From Lama guanicoe (lineage: Eukaryota): a stretch of 64,000 nucleotides of DNA. Position 1 is the first letter of the stretch. Each line of letters starts with the position of its first letter. The notes under the pieces are model-generated. The model had not been told where the DNA came from. It worked only from the letters and a program-made list of their open reading frames with translations, and did no database searches. This document shows, in pieces, positions 15,810 through 27,110 of the stretch. Location of the stretch: contig MU053810.1 of NCBI GenBank assembly GCA_013239625.1, positions 3,938,071 through 4,002,070 on the forward strand, written 5' to 3'. A program made the position numbers and the translations under genes.

Positions 15810-16525
15810 AAAGAAACAAAACAGAAGCAAGCACCCTCCTGTACTTACAGCAGCACGCCACCCTATGTCACATTTTTATTGATTTAGGGCTTTTAATAAT
15901 AACACTTGTTATCCAATGTGTATGAAATGTTCTGTTTCTTTATAACCGAGGGAAATATGATGAATACTGAGATGTAACAAAGTTGTATGGTTATCCAGGG
16001 GAGCAAAATCTGCCACCTCAAATTGTGTCTCTTTGGCATGAGGATTTCTTTAGGATGGTTGTTTTTCAGGCCCCAAAGATTCAGGAAGAAATTTTGAACT
16101 TCTGCATAACTTCCTAAAACAATGTATAAGAAGACCTGGTCCAGGAAGGGGGCTGGCACTACAGATGAAAGAAACAAAACAGAAGCAAGCACCCTCCTGT
16201 ACTTACAGCAGCACGCCACCCTATGTCACATTTTTATTGATTTAGGGCTTTTAATAATAACACTTGTTATCCAATGTGTATGAAATGTTCTGTTTCTTTA
16301 TAACCGAGGGAAATATGATGAATACTGAGATGTAACAAAGTTGTATGGTTATCCAGGGGAGCAAAATCTGCCACCTCAAATTGTGTCTCTTTGGCATGAG
16401 GATTTCTTTAGGATGGTTGTTTTTCAGGCCCCAAAGATTCAGGAAGAAATTTTGAACTTCTGCATAACTTCCTAAAACAATGTATAAGAAGACCTGGTCC
16501 AGGAAGGGGGCTGGCACTACAGATG
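15810..16525. repeat. Tandem duplication, 2 x 358 bp (15810-16167, 16168-16525)
   Basis: Copies read identical by eye; the ORF track gives the same peptide with ends offset by 358 (15893 vs 16251). Confidence 0.95.
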
Positions 16526-16883
16526 ACTACAGGATAACATGAACTGGGTGTGTAGACAGGGAGGAACCTAGTAAAGTCTGTTTGTTAAAATTCCACGCCC
16601 AGCAAACGTTTCTTAATCCAATGTCTGCTTTTCCATCTTCACGTGAATTACCTTCCTCTCCTCTGAAGTCCCAAAGTGCTACCCTCAACATTCTCCCTTG
16701 TCTTTAGCGAAGGTGACAGCTTTGGCTATTTAGGGAAGTTATGAAGCTTTTCTGGGTCTCTCCCACATTACGTTATTAAACCTTTGTTGGACTTTCTCCT
16801 GGTAATCTGTCTCATGTCAATTCAATTCTTAGGCCAGCCAGAAAAATCCAGAGGCACAGAGGAAACTTTCTTCTTCTCTGACA
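15995..16883 (+). mobile_element. ERV1 solo LTR (MER34-like), 5' part duplicated by the 358-bp tandem repeat
   Basis: GCAAAATCTGCCACCTCAAATTGTGTCTCTTTGGC start; TTCTTCTCTGACA end; homologous to 4607-5146. Confidence 0.7.
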
Positions 16884-17228
16884 ATGGATAACGCAGTTAT
16901 TCATTATATTATTCTTCACATTTTCCTATATGCCAAAAAAAATTTTATGTTTTTTTGAAGTATCCTAAATAGAAAATGTTCACAGATGTCAAAAGAATTC
17001 CAGAGAGACTAAGGAAACACTTCAGTAAACAAGTTGACATATATAAACACAACATAAACATGACACAAATAAAAATAGTAGTTTATACTAATAATTTCAA
17101 AACCCCAACTGTCCCCCAACTCAGTTTGTAAAAGATGTCAATTTTTTTTTGAATGTTAGTCATTTAAATTCCGTCAAGGAAAGAAATATAAAGGCAAATA
17201 ATACCTAAAAATTATCTCAGAAGTTTCA

Positions 17229-17402
<174 letters not shown>

Positions 17403-17732
17403 CTAAATGTGCTTGATATAATAGATATTTCCTTAAAAATATATTAAGTGAGCATATCTTGTGTAAACCATATTTTAAAGATTCAAAGGATTGGTGAAGC
17501 GAGGAAAACACTGAATTATCTGCTCACAATTTGGGTTTTTTCCTAGGACTCTGCTGGATTATCAGATTCCCTGGGCTGCAGCACATTACTCCACTGATAC
17601 TCATTTTATTTCCATTTTCTGAGCTATGGATCAATTTATGAGCCTCCTTTTAATAGCTTATCCACTGTTTTGCATGTGCTGATGCTCAAAGCCATTATAA
17701 ATTATGCGTAGGCATATTAAGTGAGAATAAGA

Positions 17733-18215
17733 CAGTGGTTCTCAAAGTGTGGTCTGAGGAACCCCTGGGGTTCCAGAACACTCTGAGGAAATTCACAAAG
17801 TCAAAATTGTTTTCATAATAATGTTAAGATTTTATTTGCATTTTCCACTATCATTCTCTCACAAATGTTCAGTGGGCTTTTCCAGAATCTATAGGTTAAA
17901 TGACTGCTTGACAGACTGAATGCAGAAGTAGACAGAAGAATTCAGCTATCTTCTATCAAGCCAGGCACTGAAAAGATTTGCAAAAATGTAAAAAAATGAC
18001 ACTATTTTCATTAAGGATTTTGTTTTGAAAAGTAGAGTTCATTTTTCTTTAAAAATACGTTATCTGTACTAACACAGAATTAGATTATCATTATTTTAAA
18101 TGTTTCTCCTTTAAATTTTCTCATACGGTAACTAAACATAAACTAAAATTCTTTAAGGTCCCCAATAATTTTAAGACCGTAAAGAGGACCTGAAACCAAA
18201 AATTTGCAAACTCCC
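17733..18215 (+). mobile_element. hAT-Charlie DNA transposon remnant (Charlie1-like)
   Basis: CAGTGGTTCTCAAAGTGTGGTC terminus; GTCAAAATTGTTTTCATAATAA internal motif. Confidence 0.7.
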
Positions 18216-18883
18216 TCTTTAAGATAATCACACCATTGTGCTATATTTGATTTTAAACTCGATTCCCCAAAAAATCTAAGTAGAAGCAAGAATTTGTAAA
18301 GTCCTCCTATGGACTTTTAACAAGGGGCATCTCAGACGGTAGTAAAAAGGCCAATTTTCTGGGGGTATTCTGTCAGTTTGATCAGACTTACCACAACTAC
18401 GGTTTTCTAAAATGTCTGCTAAAAAAAGAGAGCCATGAACGCCCACGTAGAATTTCCAGACTTCCAGGGCAGGCTCTGTAGATGGAGCACCTGTGTTTCT
18501 ACCCTCCTTTTTCTGCTGAGCAGGTGGAGCAGACTGTGATGGGGGCAACTCATGGCAACCCCCTCTTCTCACAGAGGGCAGAGCCTCAGATTTCTCTCCC
18601 ACAGGCCTCACGGTCGGCGGGGTGAACATATTCCCAGTGCGGGGGTATCTCTTGTCCAGCCCACCACGCTGTTCCCAGTCTTCTGGGCAGGCGCTTTAGG
18701 GGTGGGCGTGGAACTTGGTTCTGGGCAGTGTGACGTTAGGAAAGGTCTGTGGAGGAGGGGAACACAGGAGCACCGGGAGGAGGTTTCTCTGTGGCTCTCG
18801 ACACTGCCACGTGTGGAAATGATGCCAGGAACTGGCACAGTCACCTGGTAGCCACAAACCAGTGCACAGAGAACGAGCTTTTA

Positions 18884-18980
18884 TTTTATAATTTTTTTCT
18901 TAACGAAGGGACTGGGGATTGAACCCAGGACCTTGCACATGCTAAGCATGTGCTCTACCACTTGAGCTATCCCCCACGCT
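18884..18980 (-). mobile_element. tRNA-derived camelid-type SINE
   Basis: GGGATTGAACCCAGGACC...GCTCTACCACTTGAGCTATCCCCC; flanking G(A/G)GCTTTTA repeats. Confidence 0.85.
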
Positions 18981-19264
18981 CCATGATGGGCTTTTAAAAA
19001 CAAGGAAATAATTTTGACTGCTGACTTTGCCTAACCATTAACTCAACTAGCTCGGAAACCTGTCATACCTCTGGTCTTCCTGGAATGTCATATAATAAGT
19101 CAACAATTGGTGAGAGTTTCTGTCAGCTCTAGCTGAAAGCATCCTGACAGTCTGGCTAAGTGACATGATGTAAATTACTTACCCTTTCTGTGCGTTAGTT
19201 TCCTCTTATGCAAAATAATAGTGCCTATTTCATAGAGTTAGTCAGGATTAAGCCAACCCTCAAA

Positions 19265-20320
19265 TGATTGCTTCCTGTCCCAGCAACTTCACGATCTGCT
19301 GGCTTGGAGGTCTTAGTTCCCAAGGGGAGGCTGCTTCTACTGGGAAGTACAGTGGTTCCATTGAATTAGATGAGAGTGAACTGACCTGAGACCTGGCCTT
19401 ATACACTAAATCAAAGGCAAAGAAAGGCAAGACAAGAAGGAAGGGGGCAGGGCACAGCCATTAAAGGAAGGACACAGCAATTAGCACCAAGATGGCAGAG
19501 AATTCAGCTCCCAGGAGATCTTGAGGCCCAAGATGGTGGAATATTTGATTCCCAGTAGACCCTGAGCATCATTATATGCTCATTGTAATATGTTAGCATG
19601 AGAAACACACCCACAGGTGCCATGACAGTTCTGAGGCTAACCATGAAAGGTCAGAAAGAGGGCAGTGGCCCAATTCCTGGGAATCCCGCCCCTTTCCCAA
19701 AGTAGCCAGAATAACCCTCCCGCTTGTTAGCATATGAAATAAAAACTAGCAACACTGCATCTCACGGCCTCTCGCTCCGTCACTTTCTGAGTCAGCCCAC
19801 GCTCTGTCTGTGGAGTGTGTATCTACTTTTACTTTAAACACCACCCCCACACACACCTCATGGCCTCTCTGGCCTTCAGAGATGGCCTACGCTCAGTTTA
19901 TGGAGTGTGCATCTCTGAATAAATCTACTTTTATTCAACTATGGCTCGCCCTTGAATTCTTCCTGTGCGAAGCCTAGGACCCTCACTTGATGGGGAGCAT
20001 CCGAGGGACTTGCCTGGGACCTAGGACATGGCCATCTTCTCGTGCCCCATTTTCCTGTATCAAAGGGGTCACTCTACTGGTTGAGGTGATTAATTCTGAT
20101 TACCAAGGGGAAAGTGGGTTGTTCATACACGACGGAGTCAAAGAGGGCTATGTCTGGAACTCAGGAGTCTCTCTGGGGTGCCTCTTAGTATTTCCACGTC
20201 AAACAGTAAACATTAATGGAAAAATACAGCAACCTCCCAAAAAAGGCAGGGCTTCTGAGAACTCAGGACCTTCAGGAATGAAGACTTGGATCTCCCAACT
20301 ACATAAAGAACCTTGGCCTG
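19265..20320 (+). mobile_element. ERV-L internal (dUTPase-region) fragment split by an LTR
   Basis: GVTLLVEVINSDYQGESGLFIHDGVKEGYVWNSG...NGKIQQP resembles ERV-L dUTPase (GVIDPDYQGEIGLLLHNGG). Confidence 0.75.
19428..20062 (+). mobile_element. Solo LTR nested in ERV-L fragment
   Basis: AAGG TSD at 19424-19427 and 20063-20066; AATAAA near 19918; ends TGTATCA. Confidence 0.75.
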
Positions 20321-21171
20321 CCTGTATCTTTCACCAAATTTCTTGGCCACTCAACAAGCCATCTCCATAGATCAGTTCTGGCCAGCACCCTCTGGCAAGT
20401 TTCTCTACCACCAGCTGCATCCTCCCCTAAGAGGTCTTAATCTCAGCATTTGGTGGAGGTGGGGGGGTCTTCTAAATTCTTAGTCCCTCCCATGTTTACT
20501 CTTCCTCTGCCACCGGGGTCACCCCTGCATTTGCAGTGGCTGTTACAACGCTGCTTACAGTCTTATCTCCTTGACTGCCTTTGACTAGTTAAAAATCCTT
20601 GTTAATATTTAATAAGAAACAGGAAATATTTATTCCTTGTTCAAATACTGGTGAGGTTTCTGTCTCCTGTTTGGGTCCTGAGCGCTACAACAATATAATA
20701 AATACAGACAGCTACCTAAACTTAACCTGTTTCTTCAATGCCTCCCATTTAACAGACCTCAGTGACTCATCCTTCCAGTCTAGAAATGTAATCTTGTATC
20801 CTCCCCAGTGCCAAGTGGCTGCTTTTTACTGTTCAACTTCATTTTTCATTAGCATTAACCATGTATGTTTTCTCTCCTTCCCATTTTAAGCAAAAGATCT
20901 TGGTGGGAGGCACATTTTGAGTGTGAGTAGTTTCTATGATAAATATATAATATGTCAATTATATCTCAAAGCTGGAAAAAAATAGAAGTGTAAAAATAAA
21001 ACACCCCAGATATATCTTCAGGATGATTTAGAAACTTGGAATGATGTTTTCAGTTATTCCCTCTGGTGCCATAATATTACAGTAATACAACATGATATTT
21101 TCAAATCAGATTCAAGAATTTTATAGATACCTCCCCCGGGGTGTCTAAAAATATATTAGCACCTATTTATC

Positions 21172-21630
21172 ATGTTAAAAGAGAAAAATGGCATTCTGAA
21201 GCCCACGATACCACGTGTTCTAAAGCCCCCGATACCAGATCTAGACGTAATACCTGACTTAACTGAAGTTTTGACCTTCCCCAGAAGTGTAATCTTAATG
21301 AACCAGTCTGGAATTTTCTGGTCAGTGCCAAGAAGATAATCTGTCACGCGGCCCTTTCCATTCCCCTCCCACCCCCAGAGGAAGAAGAGGCAATCTGCAT
21401 GATAAAAACCCCTGCTCTTACCCAAAAAAGTCCTAGCCTAAAAACAATGTTTTCTTTTCTGTGCTAACAGCTCCCTCACCCCACCCTTTTCCCTATAAAG
21501 ACCTTCCATTTTGTACAACCCCTTCTGAGCACCCTTCTAATTGCTAGGTGGGCGGCTGCCTAATTCATGAATCACCTAATAAAGCCCATTAGATCTTCGA
21601 ATGTACTTGGCTGAATTTTGTTTTCTACCA
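21172..21630 (+). mobile_element. ERV1-type solo LTR
   Basis: TGTTAAAA start, CCTATAAA, AATAAAG, GAATTTTGTTTTCTACCA end. Confidence 0.65.
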
Positions 21631-22490
21631 ATCGAATGCTTAACTTGTCCTTCATGCTTAGTTAAGGTACATGTCTTAATACACACACACACATTTTCTT
21701 CTCAGGTTATCTAACTTTGAAGCTGAGGCTCAAAGAGAGTAAGTAACTCACCTAAAACCATAAGCCGGAGAGGTGACAGATTCACCCCTGGCGAGAATGG
21801 CAAGTACAGGTCTCTGGATTTACCATCCCTTGAGTCCTAACTTTCTGAATGACTGATTCAGAAATTTCTGGCTCATTCAGAATCTAAGTGAAATGAGAAG
21901 GTTCCTTCTTCAGCCTCCTATCAAATTCCAAATGTCCCAATTTTAGATGACAACCCCGCTGCCTAGAATGGAAACCCACATCACAACAAATGAGCTAAGT
22001 GATTCCGACACAGCCCTTATTTATAGACTCAGCAATTTGATTTCTGGATAATAGCTTGGTTGTTATGCATAAAATACAGTCTTGGAAAGACAGCAATTAC
22101 AAATTTTTTTTTAAATAGATACAAAATTAACATGTTAACTTATTACAGAAAACAGATTCATGAATATTTATTCATAGAAGGCAATGACACTTCTCACTAA
22201 ATCCTTGAATAGCCTATCCTAACAAACGCTTATTAATGAATTAGTCAAAGAAAATGGGATTAAACATGCTGAACTTTCACTACAGTGTACTGCTCAATTT
22301 TAAACAAGGAAAACATTGCGTCCTTTTTTTTTTTTCTCTTCAAAGACCACACAAATTTGATGCGTCCCAAGGTGCACATTTCTTTTCATTCACTTCCTGG
22401 GTGATCTCACTAAGTCTCCCAGCTCTAAGTGCAATTTTGTGCCAAATATCCCCAAACTGATACAGCCATCCTGGAGCTCAACTTTAGGCT

Positions 22491-23014
22491 TGAAGGGTAG
22501 CAGAATATGGCACCCCCAAAAAATGCCCCGTTAGCATAAGGATTATTTTGAGCTAATTATTTTGAGGAACTGCAGATATAGGAGAAGCCCTGCAAACAGA
22601 GTAGAACTTCCCCCTTTGTAAAAGAAATTTACACTTACAAAGGAAATCTCCAAGTGTAAGTGTCTTTCTCTCACCAGGAAGATGACTCTAATTCAGGGAG
22701 GAATCTTATTAATGGAGAAGGCACAAATTTAAATCTGCACAACAAAACTTATCCTTGTTTACTGGACTTCTTGGTAACCTCCCATAAGTGGTCTCCCTCT
22801 ACCCAACATCTTTCTTTTGTCTTTAACTGAAGATGGTATTCAAGGTGTTAGATTGGGACATCTTGGAGTCTTACTCATTTTCCCTGGATAACTTCTATGT
22901 AAACACTAATACACTTGTTTTCCTCTTGTTAATCTTTTAACAACTGGGGGGGGCAGGGGGTTCTCAGCCAAGAACTCAGAAGAATACAGGGTAAATTATT
23001 TTTCTTCCCCTGAA
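22491..23014 (+). mobile_element. ERV1 solo LTR (MER34-like)
   Basis: TGAAGGGTAGCAGAATATGGCACCCCC...GCATAAGGATTATTTTGAGCT. Confidence 0.72.
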
Positions 23015-23447
23015 GACTCATATAACCACCTAGCAACTTAACAGCCTAGATGGAAGGCTAATAGTTACTCCCAAGATATTATGTCCAAAGGCAAGCTTAT
23101 GATCGTCCCCCCCAGGGCAAATCCTCTCCTGGTCTTCATCCCAGTTCATGACACCTCCATTCTTCCCATCATTCAGCTCAAAAATTTCAGCATCTTCCAC
23201 ACTCTGCGCCCATCAGTCCCACCTCTGACACAGATTTAGACCCCGACTCGTCTCCCCACCTCCAACCACTGCTCCCCCCATGGGCATTTTTCATGAGGCA
23301 TATTGTAATAGTCCTCTAGCTAGTTTCCCTCTTTCTGCCCCTGTCCTCATTATAGTCCAACAGCAAAACAACAGGCGGAGTAATTCTGTTGAAAGATAAA
23401 CCAGATTATGTCATTCCTCTGCATCAACCGCCTCATGTCTTCCCATC

Positions 23448-24765
23448 TGTGATGGTGTGATTTATAACAAGAAGTATATGTTTTGGTCTCCAGTCATGTT
23501 TCCTGCCTCACAGCAGCCCAAACCCTTGGAACTTCCTAAGGGGCAAGCACAATAGGATCTTTTTTTATAATGTTTTATAATATCTCGTCTTCTGTCCTCA
23601 GTTTCTGAAATAGCAGGAAAAAAGGTGAACTGGGTGTCTTTGGTTACTCATAAGAAGCCCCTTTCAACCACACCTGACTTTATGTTAATGAGGTCACTTT
23701 AGGGAAGCCCCTAGAATGGAGGTGAGAGAGTTGAAACTTTCTGTCCCAGCCCCCCACCCCCTCCCCGGAGACTGCTGGAGGTTGAATCAATCACAAAAGT
23801 CAATGATTAGGTTAATTTTGCCTATATAATGAAGCCTTCAAAAAAATCCCTGAACTACAGGGTTCAGAGAGCTCCCAGGCTGGTGGACAAGAACACATTC
23901 ACGTGCCAGGAGAGTAGTGCACCCCGAACCCCATGGGGACAGGAGCTCCCGTGCTCCAGGCCTCACTTCCTTCCTGCCCCCTCTCCCATGTTGTTACCTA
24001 AGTCAATCCCAGCCCTGATGGCCTGGGGCAACCCCACTCTCTGGCTCCCCTCTCTGGACCCATCTAGAAGCCAGCTTTTTGGAGCAGGAGGAGGCCTCAC
24101 CAGCATAAGCCTTAGTTTCTTTTCCTCTGGCTGTTCTTTCATATCCCTTAATAAATATTCTGTCATAAACCCATAGCCAAGGAAGTAAACTGGTTTCCTG
24201 AGTTCCATAAGCCACTCTAGCAAACTAACTGAACTTGAAGAGGGGGCTCACAGGAACCTCTGATTTACAGCTGGTTGTCAGAAACACAGGTGACAACCTA
24301 GACTTGCAACCGGTCCTTGAAGAGGGTGGACGGGGCAGTCTTGTGGGACTGAGCCCTCAAACTGTGGGATCTAACGCCATGTCCAGGTAGACAGCATCAG
24401 AACTGAGTTAAACTACAGGACATAGAACAAACTAGTGGTTACCAGGGGGAGAAGGTAAGGGGAGGGGCAACACAGGGGTAGGGGATTAAGAGGTACAAAC
24501 TGTTAGGTACAAAATAAGCTACAAGGATATACTGTACAACATGGGGGATATAGATGATATTTTTATAACAATTATAAGTGGAGCATAATGATTAAAAATT
24601 ATGAATCACTGTATTATATACACTTGTAACTTACATAAAATTGTACAGCAACTATATTTCCGTTAAAAATCATATAAGTCAATAAGCAAACTACAGGATA
24701 CACCCAGTCAGTGTCTGCTCAGAATAGAGGAACTGCTTGGTGGTGTTGAAAAAGACACATTTGAC
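23448..24765 (+). mobile_element. MER21-like LTR with nested L1 3' end (24421-24687)
   Basis: AAACCCTTGGAACTTCCT and GTGGGACTGAGCCCT..CTGTGGGATCT motifs; nested L1 flanked by TSD AAACTACAGGA (24410-24420, 24688-24698). Confidence 0.72.
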
Positions 24766-26299
24766 CACCTCATTTAAGGTGAACGCTGAAGTCCTTACAA
24801 TGATCTAGGTCTCATCCCATCTGGCACCATCCTCTCACCTCTGCCCTCATCTCCACTGCTCCCCTTGTCCCTCCTCTCTCCCCACTGCCCCCACACCAGC
24901 CTCCTTGCTGGGCCTGTGACACCCATGCCCACTCTTTCCTGCTTCTGTCCGCTGCCTGGAACACAGTTCCCTGTTAGATCAGAATGCTTCCCCTTCAAGC
25001 CTGCAGGTCTTCCCCCCAAATACATGTCCAAGAAGCCATCCTTGATCACAATATCTAAAATGACACCCCTTCCCCACTCCACACAATATTTCTCCTGTTC
25101 CCTCCCTGCTGTTTCTTTCTTAGCACTTAGCACCGCTTAGCTTATTTATTACACAGTCTGCTTGTTCATCATTGGTTTCCTGACTAGAACATACACTTCA
25201 CAAAGGACAGACTTTCATCAGTTTGTGGACTGCTGCCTCCGCAGTGCCTAATTCTTCACTAATCCCAGGACTGCGGTCAGTACTGAGCTTCTCCCGCACA
25301 TACCAGATACCAGAGCATTAACACAGTCCCCCCAGGACTGTGGGGGAAGAAAAATTCACATGGGCATCAGTGGCTCCTTTGTTCAGGCAACAAGCATTAA
25401 CTGAACACCTGGCACTGTCAGTCTGTCCGCTGGGCACAGCCACTGCCTTTGGCTGGAGAAGCTCCCCACCAGGGAATGCCAAGGAATCCAGGGCAAGAAG
25501 TCATTCCTATCAGTAAACAACTGGAACAGGTTAGACACTGTGCCCACAGTGCTTACCATCCGCTACCGCCAATATGTGCTTTCACAACCACCAATAAACC
25601 AGATTCTGTGTGCACCCTCATCTCTTTTAACAGAGGCACCCACTTCATACAGTTGAGCGGGGGCAACTGAGCTGGCAGTGCCATCTCATTTCACCAGTCC
25701 CCACCACTGCGCTATGGTCCTTTCTTCTCACCCCTGGAGCTGCCTCAGTGTGCAGGGCTTGCCTCTAAGCCAGCCCACCTGGCACCATGAAGCTTCTGTC
25801 TTCGGGAACTCTAAGTGCCCCCAAAGCAGCTTACCTAGTGCAGGCCACTTAAGGATTTCAGATGATTTCTAGAAAGGAAAATACTACTCTCCCCCAACCC
25901 TGGGCCCAAAACATCAGCTCTACGTTATCCAAATAAACAAAGCTGGGGCAGAGGGGGCAAAGAAGGGTTATGAGAGAGGGACTGCAAAAAAGGGTCAAGG
26001 AGTAACAGTTACATTGGTAAAGTTATTCGGTACTATGTACTATGTATCTATGGTACTTTTTCAAACACATTACCCAGATGAACTCACTGGATGTTTGCTG
26101 CAAACTATGAAGTAGGCACTATTCACCATCACAGCTGTTTCCCGATGAGGTAGCCAGGCACGGAGAAGTGAAGTGACTTGCCTAGCTCTTGGGCCCTGTG
26201 GAGTGTCAGGATTCCAGCCCAGGCAGTCTGGCTCCAGAGCCCTGCTTAGTGTACAGTAGTACACTTTAGACATTAAAACAAACGGCAGCCCTGTGGCCT

Positions 26300-27110
26300 A
26301 GAGCGAGGGACCTGGGGAGTGGCGGAGAGCGGAAAGAGGGGCGGGGCGCGGGCAGAGGGGCGGGGCGCGGGAAGGCGGTAGAAGGGAAGAGGCGCGGCGC
26401 GGCGGCGAAGCGCGGGAAGAGCAGGGCAGCGGCGGCGGGCGGCGGAGCGCGGGAAAGAGGCGCGGGGCGGTAGAGGGGAAGAGGCCCGGGGCGGCGGCGG
26501 GGAGGTGGAGCGCGGGAAGGTAGAGGGGCAGAGGAGCGGGGCGGCGGACGGCGGGCGGGCGGGCCCGCGAGGGGCAGGAGGCGCGGGCCCGGGCGCCGCT
26601 GCTCTCGCCGGTCACCTGGGGCTGAACTGGAATTGATCAATCGTGGACTGGAGGTCCTCGATGATCTTCCAGCACTCCTCGGTCTCGGGCGCGTCGCCAC
26701 AGCTCTCCATCCGAGCCGCCGAGATGGCGGCCAGGCAGTACCTGCGCCTCCCGCGGAGTCGGGAACTCTGCGTCCGTTATCATGGCGACTCCTCGCGAAC
26801 CCGCGGAGCGCGAGAATCCCGGGGCGCAGGCGCGGCGGGCAGCCCGGGAACGGCTGGGCGGGCCCGCAGTCGCCCCGCTGCCGCGTCTACAGCCCGCCTG
26901 GCTCGGGGCTTCACCACCAGGCTCGCTTCTCCCTCGGTGCGCATGGGCCAGGCCGCCGCTGATGTGTCCCCAGGAGAGCTGGACCTCATAGTCACCCCGC
27001 GGCATCCTGCCACGCCCCGAACTCGGAGTGTCTTCTGCCTCCTGCGAGGGAGGGAAGTGGACACCTGAGCTTTTGCCGACATCTACACCCCTCTCCACGT
27101 GACATCGGGA
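26300..27110. promoter_or_regulatory. CpG island / promoter of C10orf67 ortholog
   Basis: GC- and CpG-rich block spanning exon 1, with several GGGGCGGGG boxes, CACGTGAC near 27097 and an X-box-like GTTATCATGGCGAC at 26776-26789. Confidence 0.85.
26616..26710 (-). CDS. C10orf67: C10orf67 ortholog, coding exon 1 (MESCGDAPETEECWKIIEDLQSTIDQFQFSP + 2 nt)
   Basis: ATG at 26710-26708 is the first in-frame ATG after TGA TAA (26782-26777). 95 nt ending CCC AG|GTGACC (phase 2), matching exon 2. Lies in the CpG island. Peptide does not match the recalled human N-terminus, so the call rests on splice phase and position. Confidence 0.72.
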
